Assembly (NCBI GenBank): GCA_002269645.1
Contig: NIVC01001449.1
Span: forward strand, 224,034-288,033
Reading direction: 5' to 3'
DNA from: Macrostomum lignano
Lineage: Eukaryota
DNA: 64,000 nucleotides
Under the pieces are notes generated by a model. The model made no database searches. It was not told the DNA's origin and saw nothing but the letters and a program-made list of their open reading frames with translations. The translations under genes and the position numbers were made by a program. Positions 24,841-39,348 of the stretch are shown piece by piece. Numbering within the stretch: position 1 is the first letter of the stretch; every line of letters begins with the position of its first letter.

Positions 24841-25819
24841 AACTTCCCTTGGTTTTAACCTCCTAGCTGTTGCGTCTCGTCTGGACTGATCGTCCGTGAC
24901 TGCATCCGCCGGAGTGACTATCCAACGACCACCGTGCCAATCAGCCCTGCTCATCGGCCGCATCTGCAAGGTAATTCTTTCTCAGTTGCGCTGCCCTTGG
25001 GTATAGTCAGCCCGGTCTCCCCCTATTGCTCATCATCCCTAATTTCTTCAATAATAACTTATTAATTCCGTTTTAATAATTAACCGAGCGGTTAAGGCCA
25101 AGTTCAGGACCAGTAATCCAGGACATTAGCTATCCAACTCGTTTGCTTCTGTCTGTTTACTTATTTACTGAGACGTTGGTATGAAATGTGAGTAGTGAGT
25201 GCGCCGGCCGCAGGGCATGAAGAGAAAGCTGAGGATTAGAGTGAAAGATCAGTGAGTATGAGCCGAATTTAACCAAATAATCATAGCAGTAACAGTACTT
25301 TTAAATAAGTTCCCGTAGGATGTGCACCACGAGAGAGCCCTGGGACCTGCATGCACTTCTCCATCCCCTGCTGCATCGAACCCACACCTAGGAGGAAAGG
25401 CATTAGGATGACGTTATTTATTATCCACCCTAGGAATCCTGGGGCATAGAAGGGCATTGTAGTCTAAGAGTCCCGTCTCGTTAGTGGGAGTTTTTACCGG
25501 ATGTACTCCTGCACAGGTGACTGCTGCATGGCGGCCGCGCCTCTGGATGGCGTGTCCTTCAAACAACTTCAGCTACCGCACCATCCAGAGGCGGACAAAG
25601 TCTAAGGGATAAGGCCTGGTGGCTGTACCTTTCAGCGCTATAGCCCAGGGGTTTGCACAGGTCAGCATGCAGCATAGGTTACATATACGTCAGATGCAAA
25701 TAATAGATCTTGAGTGAAATTTATCATGTATATCGAATTCTCATTTTGTACAATTCTCGGGCAGGAGACAGGAAATAGATTGTATGTATTCCAGTGCTAG
25801 GGCAATAAATGCTTGAGTG

Positions 25820-26545
25820 ACTTGTTTATTGACCGAGGCGAATGGTATAAAATGGGGAATATTATATGTATCCCTCAGTTGAATAGCATAAAGTACAAAG
25901 CTAAAAGCAAAAGTGGCCATTGACACTAGAATTAAGGTACTGTACCGCTAAATGAAAGACGCGCTCGTAAAAAGAAGAGAGACAGCGCGAGTGCTTGGCT
26001 TAGCTAGCTAGTTAAAATGGCTACCGAAAGATTTGTCAATCTGACTGACGAAGAAGTCAGTTCACTAATCGAAGGAACGGTTCCAACAAACAATCTCGCC
26101 ATCTATCACGAAGCAGAAAGCCGTAAGCGCAATTCTATGCGGTCAAGTCGACATTCAAACTCGTGAGATCAGTACAAGGACCAATGAAACTGTGACTACA
26201 CTCGATGGCAGTACCGCTACAACCGGGACGGACTTTTGTGAAACTACTGTGGTTCAAGGAACACCGCACAAACTAATGCGGATTGAGGCTTGTGGTGACA
26301 CTAATAAGGTGACCATCACATTCGTAAACAAGGACTAATCACTGTTATCTGCGTCATGTCTGCGTCTGCGTATATAACTGGAACTTAGACTATTGCACAA
26401 GTGCAATTGTTAAATGGTCACAATTTCATGTTGAATCGATTTCATTTCAGAATATAAAGTTCTCGTTTATTTGCACTCTGTGCCGGTGCAAATAAATCAT
26501 TTATCTGCACCGGTGCAGATAAACGAAATAAACAATTAGAACATA
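25820..26545 (+). mobile_element. Probable internally deleted Crypton-like (DUF3504/YR) element
   Basis: ATG 26017 MATERFVNLTDEEVSSLIEGTVPTN joined out of frame to PSITKQKAVSAIL...KVTITF (stop 26338); TTGACCGAGGCGAA motif upstream; palindromes at 26466-26523. Family call from recall only; boundaries approximate. Confidence 0.45.
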
Positions 26546-27115
26546 TGATGAGGACGCAACTTTTTTCAATCTTAGAGCCGCACATTTTGCTTCGATGCGC
26601 TTTTCCCCTACTGTCAGTAGGCTAGCTTAGGAATTTCTCTCCATTCTCTCATCTAGTTCTATACTAATTTATGCCATTACTATTAGTTATGTTAGAAACT
26701 CAATGTACTTCCCTTAGGAACCTAATTTTGGATTGTTTACGCGTATTTGAAGGTCAGACTGTCTGGGTTCGAGACGGATTGATCTCCAACAGTCTAGACA
26801 GGCGACACTAAGTCTGGGAGAAGTGTTCTGACCCCCAGATTTGTGGATTTTTCGCTGTTTCCCGTGATTTATGGCCGTCTAGCTGTCACTTTTGGCGCCA
26901 GCCTGTCTGGGTCAAAGAGGTCCTTCCAGCTTTCTCCCCACTCACTCTGTTGCTTTCTCCTTTGATTTATGGGCGTTTTGCTGTCACTTTTGGCGCCAGA
27001 ATGTCTAGACAAGTAACTTTTATTATGTTTTGCTTATGATTTATGACCGCACCTGTCAACTTCCCTGGGGTCTGAAGGCCACCTGGTGGGGTGGGTTTTG
27101 GGGTCTTGAGCTCAG

Positions 27116-27248
27116 CCAATCAGAGTCGACCTGACTGCCCCCGGCTCGACCAATCAGAAAATTCGGCGCCTATTTTAACAAAAGCTCTCAGCCAATCGGA
27201 AAATTCGGCGTGCGTTATAACAAATCGGCCGCGCGAGAGCTATAAAAG
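27116..27248 (+). promoter_or_regulatory. Pol II promoter-like module: three CCAAT boxes and TATAAAA
   Basis: CCAAT at 27116, 27150 and 27192 (all CCAATC), TATAAAAG at 27241. Confidence 0.5.
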
Positions 27249-27616
27249 GCGGCAACTCGACCCGTGCTCGAGAAAAAGGCTCCTCCTCCGGGACCGGCTG
27301 CCTTCCCTTCCTCTTCTGGTCCTGCCGACCTGATCCCCCTTTCCCCGGCAGTTTCGGCTTCAACAGCTAAGTTCCCCCTGAGAAGCATCATCAATATCTC
27401 CCGGCAGTGATCTAAGAGCAGCAACGACTATCGGCAAGCGAAGGGCAGTGGCGGCCATCGTCAGTCAAGATCAGCAACAGCATCCCGTCTGAGCGCTTCG
27501 GTCTCTGTGGATTCCTTGGCTACCGGCAGATAGGTCCTCTGATTGGTTTGGTGAGAGGCTCTCTTGACCTGCTTAACTGGGTGCGCCCTTTGTCTGACCC
27601 CTTCCTAGGTAGTCTG

Positions 27617-30600
27617 TGTCGCGGAATTCATTCATTTACTCATTCATTCAGTGCATATGTACCTGTGTGTACGGTGGTGGTTGTTTAGCCTAATATCGAT
27701 TTATTTGCCGCTTTCAAACCACCCCCCTCTGTTTGTGCGCTGTGCCGCCTCCCCCCGCTTTCCTACCCTTCTTATCTCTCTCCTAGCCTATCTAGCCCCC
27801 CCCCACCCCCCAAATTTTCACTCACCATTTTTAATACAAAATATATTGACCGTGCAAGGCCTTTCGTGCCTATCGTTTGTTTTTTCCGTTGCTCATCCTA
27901 AAGTTAAACAAATCGACTCCAAAATAACAACATGGCGCCCAATGGAAATTACTGAAGAATTCAACCTGGCTCAAAATCTAGCATTAGAAGCTCATTTCGA
28001 CTAACCAAACTCGACCTCAACTCCGGCCCAGCTCAACATTCTCTGCAGTTCGCTGTTCTAGCCGTCTGCACTCGACAGTGGCTCGCTCCTGGTTCAACCG
28101 GCTTCTGCCGTGGCGGTCACGGTCTCCGCTCGACCGCACATGATTTCACATCATAGCACGGGCCAACTTCGTGGCGTTCTGGAACCAGGGGCTCTCATCT
28201 CATCGTTGGATTCGAGCCGGTGCTGCTGGCTTCTGACTCTGCACGGCTTGCGGTAGATTGACTCTATGTGCTTGTTTTTTCGATGTTCTTTTTCCTATTC
28301 GCATACTACTCGTAGTTTGTCTCTTGCCCTCTTGTCCTCTCTTTTCCACCTTTGTCTCCGTTTGGTCGCTTAGACGTTCTTTAGTCGGGATTCTCGCTGC
28401 CGGTTTTCTCTGTGTTCTCGTTGTCGTTCGCATCTCAATCATGGTTCTCTCAGAAGATGAATTGGCAGCTGCTGTCCGGAAACGGGCGGGCATTCGGTCT
28501 AGCGTTACTAAAGCGGTCGGCAAAGTGCAAGTGCTGTTGGACAGGGGTTTGCAGAGAGAAGTCGAAGTCGCTGAGGCGGCTGCGTATCTCGAGGTGTTCA
28601 ATTCGAAGCTCAGTATATTGAGGCAACTGGACGATGCGATAGACGAGTCTCTTGCAGATGAGCAGTTAGAGTCGGAGCGCGATGATTGTGAGCGCTATGG
28701 GCTGCAGTGTCTCACTTGCATCAAAAGGTTAGAAGCTGCTCTTTCTCGTAATTTTAAATCTCAGGCGAGTTCGCCTCCCACTCAGTCGCAGCAACCTCAA
28801 GTCAAGCTCCCTAAGCTGCAGGTTCCCACGTTCGATGGGCAGGTTTCGACATGGCAATCATTTTGGGATCAATTCGATTCCTCGATCAATTCAAACACCT
28901 CACTTTCTGAAATTGACAAGTTTAATTATCTCGTGGCCTCTCTGTCTGAGGCGGCAAAGTCATGCATTAGAGGCCTGGCTGTCACTGCTGACAACTATTC
29001 CACTGCGGTGGATATTCTAAAAGAGCGCTTTGGCAAACCCGAGGTGGTTGTCAAGGAGTTAATGCATAAAATCTCGGAGCTTCGCCTGTCTGATACATCC
29101 CTGCGCTCTCTGCAGCAATTTCACGATGACATTTCTGCTGCCATGCGTAGCCTGAATGCTCAGGGTGTCTCTGCCAATTCTTACGAGTCACTTTTGGTTC
29201 CATCGCTGATGAGCAAGTGCCCATCAGCCTTCCGGTTAGAGCTCCTGAGAGCCGCGCGAATGCAGGGATCGGACATTAATTCACTGGAGAGCCTCTTGCA
29301 ATCGCTAAAGCAGGAAATTACGGTTCGCGAAAGTGCTGGGCAAGGGCAGTTCCTGAGTTCGAAAGAGTCGACGAAGTCCTCATCACCTGCTGGCTCTAGC
29401 AGTAGCAAAGCTTCTCCACGGCATTCGTCTGTCTCGACTCTGGTGACACTTCAGCCGAAGGCGTCCAAACAGGCCTCTTCGAAGATCTTCTGCACCTACT
29501 GCAAAGGCTCACACTCGTCTGAGTCCTGTACCAACCTCGTTTCCGCTGATCAGAGACGGGCCTTTCTTGCGTCTGAGAAGCGCTGCTTTAGGTGCTTGCG
29601 CCTGGGACATTTGGCACCTCAATGCAAAGATCCGAGACCATGTCGGGGCTGCTCAGGTAGACACCATGTCAGCATCTGCATTAAAAATTCACAGGCAGGC
29701 AGGGAGTCAGATAAGCCATCCACGTCCGCCAAGAAACCAGCTTCGCCGCCGAATCAGTGCTTAGCATCTGTGACAGAGTCTTTTGCCTTCACAATGTTGA
29801 TTTCTGACAATCCGGCAGTGGCTCTGCCCGTTGCCAAAGCCATTTTGCTCAGCACAGATGGTCGCCGGGAAATGATGGTGCGTGTTCTGTTTGACACGGC
29901 CAGTAATCGCAGCTACATTCGTCAGGACATTTGTGACCTGCTGGGCATTCAGGCGAATTCACTGGAACGGCTTAACGTCTCGACGTTTGCTGGAAACAGC
30001 ACTGCTCTGCAGTCTGGTAGTGCTAACATCGCATTACGCAAAATGGATTCTTTCGAAGTGATCTAGATTCGTACAAATATCGTCGAGACAATATGTCAAC
30101 CACAACATTCAGTCAAAGTGACAGGGTTCGAACACCTGCACTCTCTAGATTTAGCGGATCCATACGATCCTCGGGATCAGCACACGCCTATATCTATTCT
30201 AATAGGATCAGACTTCTATTACCAAATCGTGGGTGACACGGTGGTGCGTGGAGACTCTGGCCCAGTGGCCATCTCATCAAAGCTGGGGTTTCTATTATGC
30301 GGCCCCCTCGCTACTGGCATCAACAATACATGTAGTGCTAGTATAGGCAACTCGATCGAGTCTAGTGTTCCCAATGAGGACACCTGCGCTTTAGCTCTAT
30401 GCTGCTCAGTTTGCGAGAATCTCTCACTGGAAGCTTCACACACACGAGACATTTCGACTCTCTGGAAATTAGAGTCTATTGGGGTCCTAGATGATCCGGG
30501 CCCCAACTCGGAGTCCTCGTTTTATTGCAATCCTCAGCTTCGGGATGGACGCTATTCCGTCCAGCTACCATGGTCTCTGCCAAAAGAGTCCATTATACTC

Positions 30601-33600
30601 ACTGACCACTTTGATTTGTCTTTTCGGCGACTGATATCGACCAGACGTCAACTGGAACGCGATCAGACTAAGCTGGCCCAGTGCGAAGCCATCATCGCAG
30701 AGCAAGAGGCTCTTGGCATCATTGAGAGAGTCCCTGTTAGTAACTCTAGTAGTAGCCTGATTCACTATCTTCCTCACAGCTGTATTTCCAAAGCAGAAAG
30801 TGAGCACACAAAACTTCGCATTGTGTTTGATGGGTCAGCTCGAACTCATTCAGCTGACTTTGCAATTAATGACCTACTTCAAGTTGGTCCGACGACTTTT
30901 CCGCAAATTCCACAAATTCTCATTAGGTTCCGAATGAAGCCGATAGCAGTCTTAGCTGACATCGAAAAGGCCTTTCTGCAGATTGGCATTGAGAAGAGTG
31001 ATCGGGATTCGCTCCGTTTTCTCTGGACTCAGGGTCAGTCGGGTGCTCAGGAGGTTATTCATTATCGGTTCTGCCGTCTGCCCTTTGGGCTTACGTGCTC
31101 GCCTGGGGTGCTTCGGGCAACCATTTTGCACCATCTCGAACTGCACCAGAACGATTTTCCGGGTGTTGTAGACACTCTGAAACAGGATCTGTATGTAGAC
31201 AATCTAGTTACTAGTTGCGACTCTGTAAAGGACGCAACTTCGCTCTACGAACAAGCGAAGCAAGTTTTTAGCTTAGCAGGGATGAACTTGAGACAGTGGC
31301 AGTCAAACTCTGATGGCTTTACAGCCCACTTGCCGGTGGCAGACGTCAGCAAGGCTTGTAAGGTTTTAGGCCTACCTTGGGATGCCCAGACAGACACGCT
31401 TCACTTTAACTTTCGCTCACTGCTAGATTCCATCCCGGATCGGCCTCACTCGAAGCGGTCAATGCTCGCCGTTCTTGGCAGAATTTTTTATTCTGCCTAC
31501 TGTCACCGGCTGTGACTATTGTCAAGATTTGGTTTCAGCTGTGCAGCCGGAAATTGACGTGGGACGAACAGCTTCCTACTGACATTGCTTCGCAGTGGTC
31601 TCGCTGGCTGGCCTCGCTTCAGGAGACGCACCTGACCGTTCGCCGTTACGTTATGCCAGACACTGCTGAAGCCGAACACCTTGAGGTTCAACTGCATGGT
31701 TTTTCCGACGCCAGTGAGCGAGCATACGCCGCTGCCGTCTACCTTCGGGTGATTGACCATGTCCGTCGCAGTGCCTCAACTGTTCTTATCATGGCGAAGT
31801 CTCGCATCGCTCCTCTCACAGTCATCAGCATTCCTCGTTTGGAGCTTCTTGGAGCGCTGATTCTTGCTCGGTTGATGGACTTTGTTTCCTCACAATTTCC
31901 GGGTGTACGGAAACAGCTGTGGACCGACAGCATGACCACACTGCAGTGGATCACCCAGGAAACTCGAATTCGTCCAATCTTCGTTCACAATCGTGTCACG
32001 GAAATTCGCAGACTCTCCTCGGTTGTGGATTGGCGATATGTCCCGGGGGAGAGCAACCCAGCAGATATTCCTCCAGAGGTTGCTTTCCCGATAAGCTTGT
32101 GAGCAATCCTATGTGGCTGGACGGCCCCTCTTTCCTGCACTCTTACGAGCTTCCATATGACCCAGGCATCTTCTTCAGATCTTGAACATTCACGACTACT
32201 CGTCATGGCCGAAGCTAACTCGCGTGGTTGCCTGGGTGCGCCGCTTTATCAGCAACGCGCGAGCGGCAGCAAAAAAATTCACCCAACAACAGCAGCGGTC
32301 TCTGACTACTGCAGAAGTTGTCGACGCAGAAACGTCGATTCTTCGCGCTGCTCAACAGATTTTTCTTGGGCCAGAACTCAAGCACTTACAAGGTGCTGGT
32401 CCTCGTACGCCACTGGTTCAACAACTGCAACTATTTCTTGGCGACGATGGACTCATCCGTTCCAAAGGGCGGCTCGCTGATGCCGTGCCTTTTGATACGA
32501 ATCACCCCGTGCTGATTCCTGGGAAGACACATATTGAACTGCTCATCATCCGGCACTGTCACCAGGCTGTTTTCCACGGGGGAGTGCCTGCAACTCTGTG
32601 CAAAATTCGAGAACGCTTTTGGGTTTTGAAGGCTCGACAGCGGGTGAAACAGGTTCTCTCTACGTGTGTGACGTGCCGGAAGCTTCAGGGTCAGCCCTTC
32701 ACGGTCACTCAGGTTCCGCAACTTCCTCCGTTCCGTTTGTCTGATATCAGAGCCTTTCAGACTGTGGGATTGGACTATGCTGGTCCGATCTATTATCGGA
32801 CGGGGGAGGGTGACAACTCTGCTAACTCGTACATTCTTCTTTTCACATGTGCAGCGACTCGTGCTGTGCACCTTGAGTTGGTGACCAGCATGGGAAGCGA
32901 TCAGTTTCTGCATGCTCTGCGCCGCTTCGTGGCACGTAGAGGCATTCCGTCAATCGTTAGCGACAACGCCAAGACCTTCCGTGCAACTGCCAGTGTGATC
33001 GGTGCTGAAGTGTCTAAGGAGCTTCAGGAGTTTTGCACGTCGAAGCGAATCACCTGGCACTTCATTCCTGAGCAGGCCCCGTGGTGGGCAGGTTTCTGGG
33101 AGAGGTTGATTGGTGTCATCAAGATAGCCATTAAAAAAGCCGCCGGTCGTCAGTTATTCACGTACGATCAGTTATTAACTCTGGTGATGGAAGTGGAGGC
33201 GGTTGTCAATAGCCGTCCGCTGCTGTATGTAGCGTCAGGAGAGACGATAGAAGTCATTACGCCGTCTCATTTTATTGTGACAGCTCGTCTCACTCAGGAG
33301 CCTGAAGTCAGTTTGGGTCCTGAACTGATGTTGCCTTTGCCTCAACGGTTCAAAATGCTCCGTGCAGCCTTGAACTGGTTTTGGGACCAGTGGAAGGGAT
33401 CATATCTCGAAGCTCTCCGCGAGAAGTCGTCTAAGCGTCATTCGCAAGGTCGCTCACCGACGGTTGGTGAAGTGGTACTGATTTCGGGCGAGCCCCGGCA
33501 ACCCAGGTTCCATTGGAAGTTAGGGGTTGTCGAGGAGGTCAAGGCAGGTCGCGATGGAGTTGTTCGCTCTGCGGTCGTGAGGATTTCGGGAGCGGGTGAT

Positions 33601-34376
33601 CCCCGGCGACGGGAACGTCTGAGGCGACCCGTTCAAGCTCTCATTCCGCTCGAATTCAAAGTTCCCAACTAAAATTTGCATCAATCCTCGGCAGTTTGTG
33701 CTCAGACAGCGCTATTTGCTTGTGAAGTTTAAGCGCAAGTCATTATTTTTTTCTTTTTTCTTCATAATCTGTCGTTTTGTTTACTCAATAACCTGTTGTG
33801 CTCAAAAAATCTTTTTCATTGATATTTCCTATTTGTTCAACTCAGCCTCCTGCTCATATTTATAACGTTTAAAATTTAAACTACGAGCGTAAAAGTATAA
33901 CTTAACGAATGAAAACATTTATTCATTCGTAGTTTCGGTTTTGCGGGGTGGTGGTTAATGCTCCATTAGTCTTTGCTATTTTCAAACATGCCCAAATGTT
34001 TCCGAGTTCATTCATTCATTATAGTTCATCCATTATCGCAAATGACAAGTCATTTGGGGGAGTGTCGCGGAATTCATTCATTTACTCATTCATTCAGTGC
34101 ATATGTACCTGTGTGTACGGTGGTGGTTGTTTAGCCTAATATCGATTTATTTGCAGCTTTCAAACCACCCCCCTCTGTTTGTGCGCTGTGCCGCCTCCCC
34201 CCGCTTTCCTACCCTTCTTATCTCTCTCCTAGCCTACCTAGCCCCCCCGACCCCCAAATTTTCACTCACCATTTTTAATACAAAATATATTGACCGTGCA
34301 AGGCCTTTCGTGCCTATCGTTTGTTTTTTCCGTTGCTCATCCTAAAGTTAAACAAATCGACTCCAAAATCACAACA
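27617..34376 (+). mobile_element. BEL/Pao LTR retrotransposon, full length
   Basis: LTRs 27617-27932 and 34063-34376 (TG..CA, few differences); TSD GTCTG at 27612-27616 and 34377-34381; PBS TGGCGCCCAA at 27933; GGGGGAG purine tract. Confidence 0.97.
28441..33672 (+). pseudogene. BEL/Pao gag-pol polyprotein with one in-frame stop and two frameshifts
   Basis: DUF1759-type gag (LPKLQVPTFDG..WQSFWDQF), three Zn knuckles, protease LFDTAS, RT (LADIEKAFLQI, LYVDN), RNase H (FSDAS, WTDS), integrase (LDYAG, SDNA, GFWERL); TAG at 30064; shifts near 31495 and 32085. Confidence 0.94.
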
Positions 34377-37300
34377 GTCTGATAGGATTTGCACTTTTGC
34401 ATTCTTGCTTTTTGTGTGCCAAACTCAAGGCAGAAGTTTCATTTAATACTAAAAGTAACCATTCGCTCTAACTCAATCTAAGGCGTTTGGGATTGCGGAT
34501 TAAGTGAGAAAGTTAAATCTGGAAGTTAAAGACTTAGCGTTTTCTTTCTTTTTCGCAATGCCAGCTGAGATGAGCGGCTAAATCTAGAGGCAGAGGTCAC
34601 GGTGGACCGGAAGCGGCACAGTTCCCAGTCAATCAGACAATCTAAGAAATCATTATGTTAGCATGCAAATTAAGAGCCAGACTGGCGCTTTGGCGCAGTC
34701 ACAGGCAGTTAAGCGGCTAAAGTAAGTTAAATACTAGTCTAACGATCTCCGAAAGTGACAATGCATCTACATCATCGCTATCTGTCGACGTGTTAACACA
34801 TTTAGTGCCAAAAGCGTGCAGTTACATGTACTTTTACATGTACTTCTGGGAATTTGGTAATGAAATAGTGCATTTAGTAGTGTATGAAGGCTCGCCAGCG
34901 CAAGAACCCCCTGCAGAAGTCCTCTCTGTCCCTGCATGGCCAATGCGATCTTAGTCCCAGCAGCGTCCCTTCTATTCGGCTATGACTTCGAGTTTTAGAC
35001 AGCTAAAAGACACTACTAGATGGCAGGTAAGTGCAGTGCCCCTCTAGTCGGAAGTCCGATTTCGATAGCTCCGGTTTGGTGAGCCGGGGCGCACGGACTG
35101 GTGGCAGCGAGTTAGTTAATCCGTGGGTTAGTTAATTTCTACCTTTCAAATTCTCCCTGCTTGTCTCTCGCTGTCTTCTCCTAGCTATAGGACCTTGCTG
35201 CTCGCCCACAATCTAGCTACCATGGGGCTGACCATCTGACAGGAGTGAGAGGCCAGAGCTCTCAGTGATTCATTTCTGAGTTCTGAGGCCCAAAGCTACA
35301 GGCTTAAAAAGGCCGAACCCATCACATAGACTACTGCACCAGTGCCACTGGGGGATACATGAAGGGCGACTAGTGAATGCACACAAGCGCCAGAGAAGCA
35401 CCAAAACTTCGCGGGTAAAACTTTGCTGTGAAAGACACCTCTATGGTAAAATTTCCTGCAGATAAAACCCCGAGCAGGTAAAAATTCTTTATTCGGACCA
35501 CAGATAATAAAACAGATATTTCATAGATATTTCATAGATATTTCACTCTGCATTGAGTTAAGCCATTTTGTGTTACTCGTATCGTCTATGGTGGTTATAG
35601 TATCTGTGATTCGGACAAACCAAAAGGATCTGCACAATTGTTTTTCATATTGTTTTGCTTGAAAAAATGAAACAACGTGAAAAGAAAACTTTCACGCCTA
35701 CAGCTATATTAAAATAAATCAGAGTAGCATGTGCGCGTGCAAAAGAAAAAGAATATGGTGATCTTCACACTGCCCTAGATTAAACCAGTGAGACGAAGTC
35801 AAGGAAGTTGGCACGAGAGGCGCAGGTTCAAGCCTGGCCGCATTCTACGCGTATTTATTTACTATGTTTATTTTATCGGACTTAAAAACAAATAAAAATA
35901 ATTTGGAGACTTTTTGGGAAAAATTGGGAAATTCGGGCCAGCGACAGTCCGCTTCGCATTAAATAAACGCCACTCAAACCGAGGGCACGTGACCTAGGCC
36001 CGGCCCATCACCCCCGCACCAACGCACAAGAGCCCCACCCCTGGTTTAGCACCCAATACCACCAACAATTAGCTACGCCCGCGGTCGGACCATTTAATGC
36101 AATCATAAATTTTGTGATAAAAAAAGTGATGTTTCCAATCCCCGCAGTGTATTTTTTCCAGGAAACAGGCCTCTTAAAAATTACACATCTTTGAGTTTTT
36201 GCGTCCTGTTTTACAGTGATCCTTCGTTAAAACTTCGGCAGAAAACCCAAAATGCCGGAAAAATTAGGAATCGTTCTCACTCAAAATCACTCAGGGCCAA
36301 ATCATTATAACAGCCACAAGCTTGCTAATTCAAGAAAGCTGTATCAATTTGAGTAATCCGCTACTAATTTTATTTCGCCTTTCTATAAGATTTTATTCCG
36401 TAAGATTTGTTGTAATAATTTACACATGCCGTAAAGTAGGTTCACAGAAACTGAGCGCCTAATTAAATTACCTAATCTGTATTCAACCTGAATTACAGTT
36501 TGAACCACCCCAGCCCCACCGAAACCAGTGGTCAACTTTTCTCAAATCTTAGTCCTAATTGACAGTTTTTACACCACGCCGGCGGTTCCTGTCTGTCTCA
36601 ACCGTGTCTATGTGTGATTTCATTTGCGGCACAAGACCCAGCCCCAGGCTGGCTGCTGAGGAGAGACTGAGTCCTGAGTGGAGTGAGTGGAGCCGTGGAG
36701 GGAGGCTGCTGGCAACTGGGCTGGGAGAGCTTTATGGACTGGTATGACTAGAATTGGATTAAATCTGTCAAGGATTAAAGCTGTCAGGATTCAAGTTAGT
36801 CATATCATAGGGGGGGGGACAGAGACATCAATCCATCTCTGATAGGCCCCTATTAGCAATGGAAGCAAAATACAAAGTCAGTAAAAAAATCCCGCCTAAG
36901 TGTCATAGGTATTTATTTCCTTCCTTTTAGAAATTCCACTAATGCCGCCGAATCTATTCTATTAAGTTTTATTTCTTAGAATAGGTCTAAGAATATTTCT
37001 TAGAATAAGTCTGAGTAGGCCCTATGGCAGTATGGCTAAATCTGAGTATTTGCCTAAGTACTTTATTTCAGCATAGGTCTGAGTAGTGGTCTAAGTATTA
37101 TTCTTAGTATTGTTCTTATTCTTAGTATAGGTCTCTATTGGTAGCATTTTGTTGTGATTCTAGCCTGAGCAATATATTGATCTACTGGTGTATATACTTT
37201 GTATTTCTAATCCTGGGAATTACTGAGATCAGAGGGTCATATCCTCCAATACTTTTATATGTACAATCTAGATAGGATTTACTTTGTATTCTTCTACTTA

Positions 37301-38995
37301 TAACTTCTGTTCCTTAGTAGTACATACAATATATGTTTCAGCCTACTTCACTTAATTCACTTTAGAAAATAAATCAACTTAGAAAACAATCTTCAATAAT
37401 ATTTACTTGTAACTCTTACTATTTGATACTAGCTTTCTTTCCTAAGGAACCACAATGCGCAAGGTTGTTCTTGTTCTCTCCTCCGCTGAAAAATGCTTCT
37501 ATTTGTACTAAATTTATATGTAGGCCTAGAGTTAACAGTTAAACAAAAATTGTATTTGCAAAAAATATTATAGAAAATGCATGCAGTATAATAAATCATT
37601 TTTCTTAGTTTTGGCACGTATTCAAACATATTAAAATTGTAGAAATATGAAATTGAAGATTGCAGGTGCCCATTACATAAGTTCAACATATAAAATAAAT
37701 GGTGTAGGACCAAGACCGCCACACACCAAGACCGCCACACTTGGGGGAGCTAGGGGGAGGAATTTGGCTCGCCATGTTATTGGATGGTGCTGGGGGAGGG
37801 GTGAGATGGGGACGACAAGGCCGCGAGAGAGGAACCGGTGAGCGGGCCGGGCGGACCTGAGTGAGCCTTCCTCGTTTTTTCAATCAATTTGAATTGTAAA
37901 GGAACTATCAATCCTAAATAAACAGCTACTATTAGTAGAAAGCTGTGAAAAAAGGCTCTTGACTTAACTGCATTCTTAATTCGCAGTTTCGAATGTGGTC
38001 CTTGAGTTGGTTATCATTGTTATAATTTGTTATAATGTGAGTTTTCATGTGTGATTCGAGCATGTCCGATTGCCAATGCAAATTTGCCAATTCGATCGCA
38101 GGCAGGCAGGCTAACATGCACTTGTATTTAGAGGTTACGGGATGGTGAGTCGTGCAGCCATACCGTTTTTATTGCGTGTACATGTACAGGCTTCCTATAA
38201 AAACGACACTAAAGTAGTCCGTGATTTGTACGAGCTGGGCCTCGATCGAGTTGTACGAGGCCTGTTATAAGCAGCTTTCATGCTCACTTTAAATCACTCA
38301 ATCACTAACTCACTCACTCTCTCACCCTCTACATGTATCTTACTCGCTCACTCACTCACTTGCACACTGATCACTCACTCAAAAGTTACTCTAATCGCTC
38401 TTAATACAATCAAAATGTATGGCACGAAAATGCATGCACATCACATGTACAGTAATCGTTTACTTTGATTTCGGATGTTCTCCCTGTTTATTAAAAAATA
38501 CGTTCTAAAACTATTTGAACAAATATTAGCTACAATTGTACATTTGTACTGTACATCACATTGGCTACCAGTGTATACTCGTGCATGTAACATGCAGTTC
38601 TGATCCCTACCATACAACAGACGGACAGTCATATCGCTACACTTGATTTTAATTTACCATGCAATCAATTGGCAATGATCGACCTGGTACACAGTATGCG
38701 CATTGTGTGATAGATACATGTATATCCATGCTCTTTACAGCTAAATTGGATCAGGAAATCATCTCTCGAGGTCAGGGGTGGTCGGAACCAGGGGTCACGG
38801 GGGGCTGGAGCCCCCCCCCCACTTTTTAGCATGATCCATCAAGTGCCCTTTTTGAATTTTAAGCAAGTGTCGGCCGGTTTTCGGCTTTGGCTTTTCTGAG
38901 TCTTGGAAGCTAAGGGCTGATATAAAAGTTAATGTTGTTCTGAATCCCATTCACTACAGTTTTATCTAATGTGCCTAAGCCTAGTGCTTTTAGTG

Positions 38996-39035
38996 CAGGG
39001 GTCAGCAAACTTTTTACCTCAAGGGCCAGATTAAG
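38996..39035 (+). mobile_element. hAT-like terminal sequence (CAGGGGTCAGCAAACTTTTT..AAGGGCCAGAT)
   Basis: Resembles common hAT/Charlie-type MITE ends; partner end not found. Confidence 0.35.
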
Positions 39036-39348
39036 AACCTAGCGTGGCGCAATGACTGCCCTTCTGGGTCTGCTTCCGTGGGCCCCCTAAGCGAAACGTG
39101 CCCAGGAGTCCCTGATGATTGCAGGCAAGAGAAGGGAGAGGATAGGGAATAGAGAAGAGAACTATACGAGTACGATCGTAGGAGAAAGGAGAGGCTAAGG
39201 AATAAAGGAGAAGAGAGTAGACGAGAAAAGAGATAAAATAGGAGAGGGGAGATGAATGAGGAGAGTCGAGATATAAGAGAGAGGAGAGAACGAGGGAAGG
39301 GAGAAGAGAATGGAGAGGAAAAGGAAGATGAGAGCTGATACGAGCTAA

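Noticed and set aside
27360-27460. Hammerhead ribozyme / Penelope pLTR
   Set aside because: CTGAGA-like core present but no properly placed GAAA or supporting stems found
31190-31205. BEL RT YVDN as an inactivating mutation
   Set aside because: YVDN variants occur in BEL/Pao RTs, so it cannot be called a lesion from one copy
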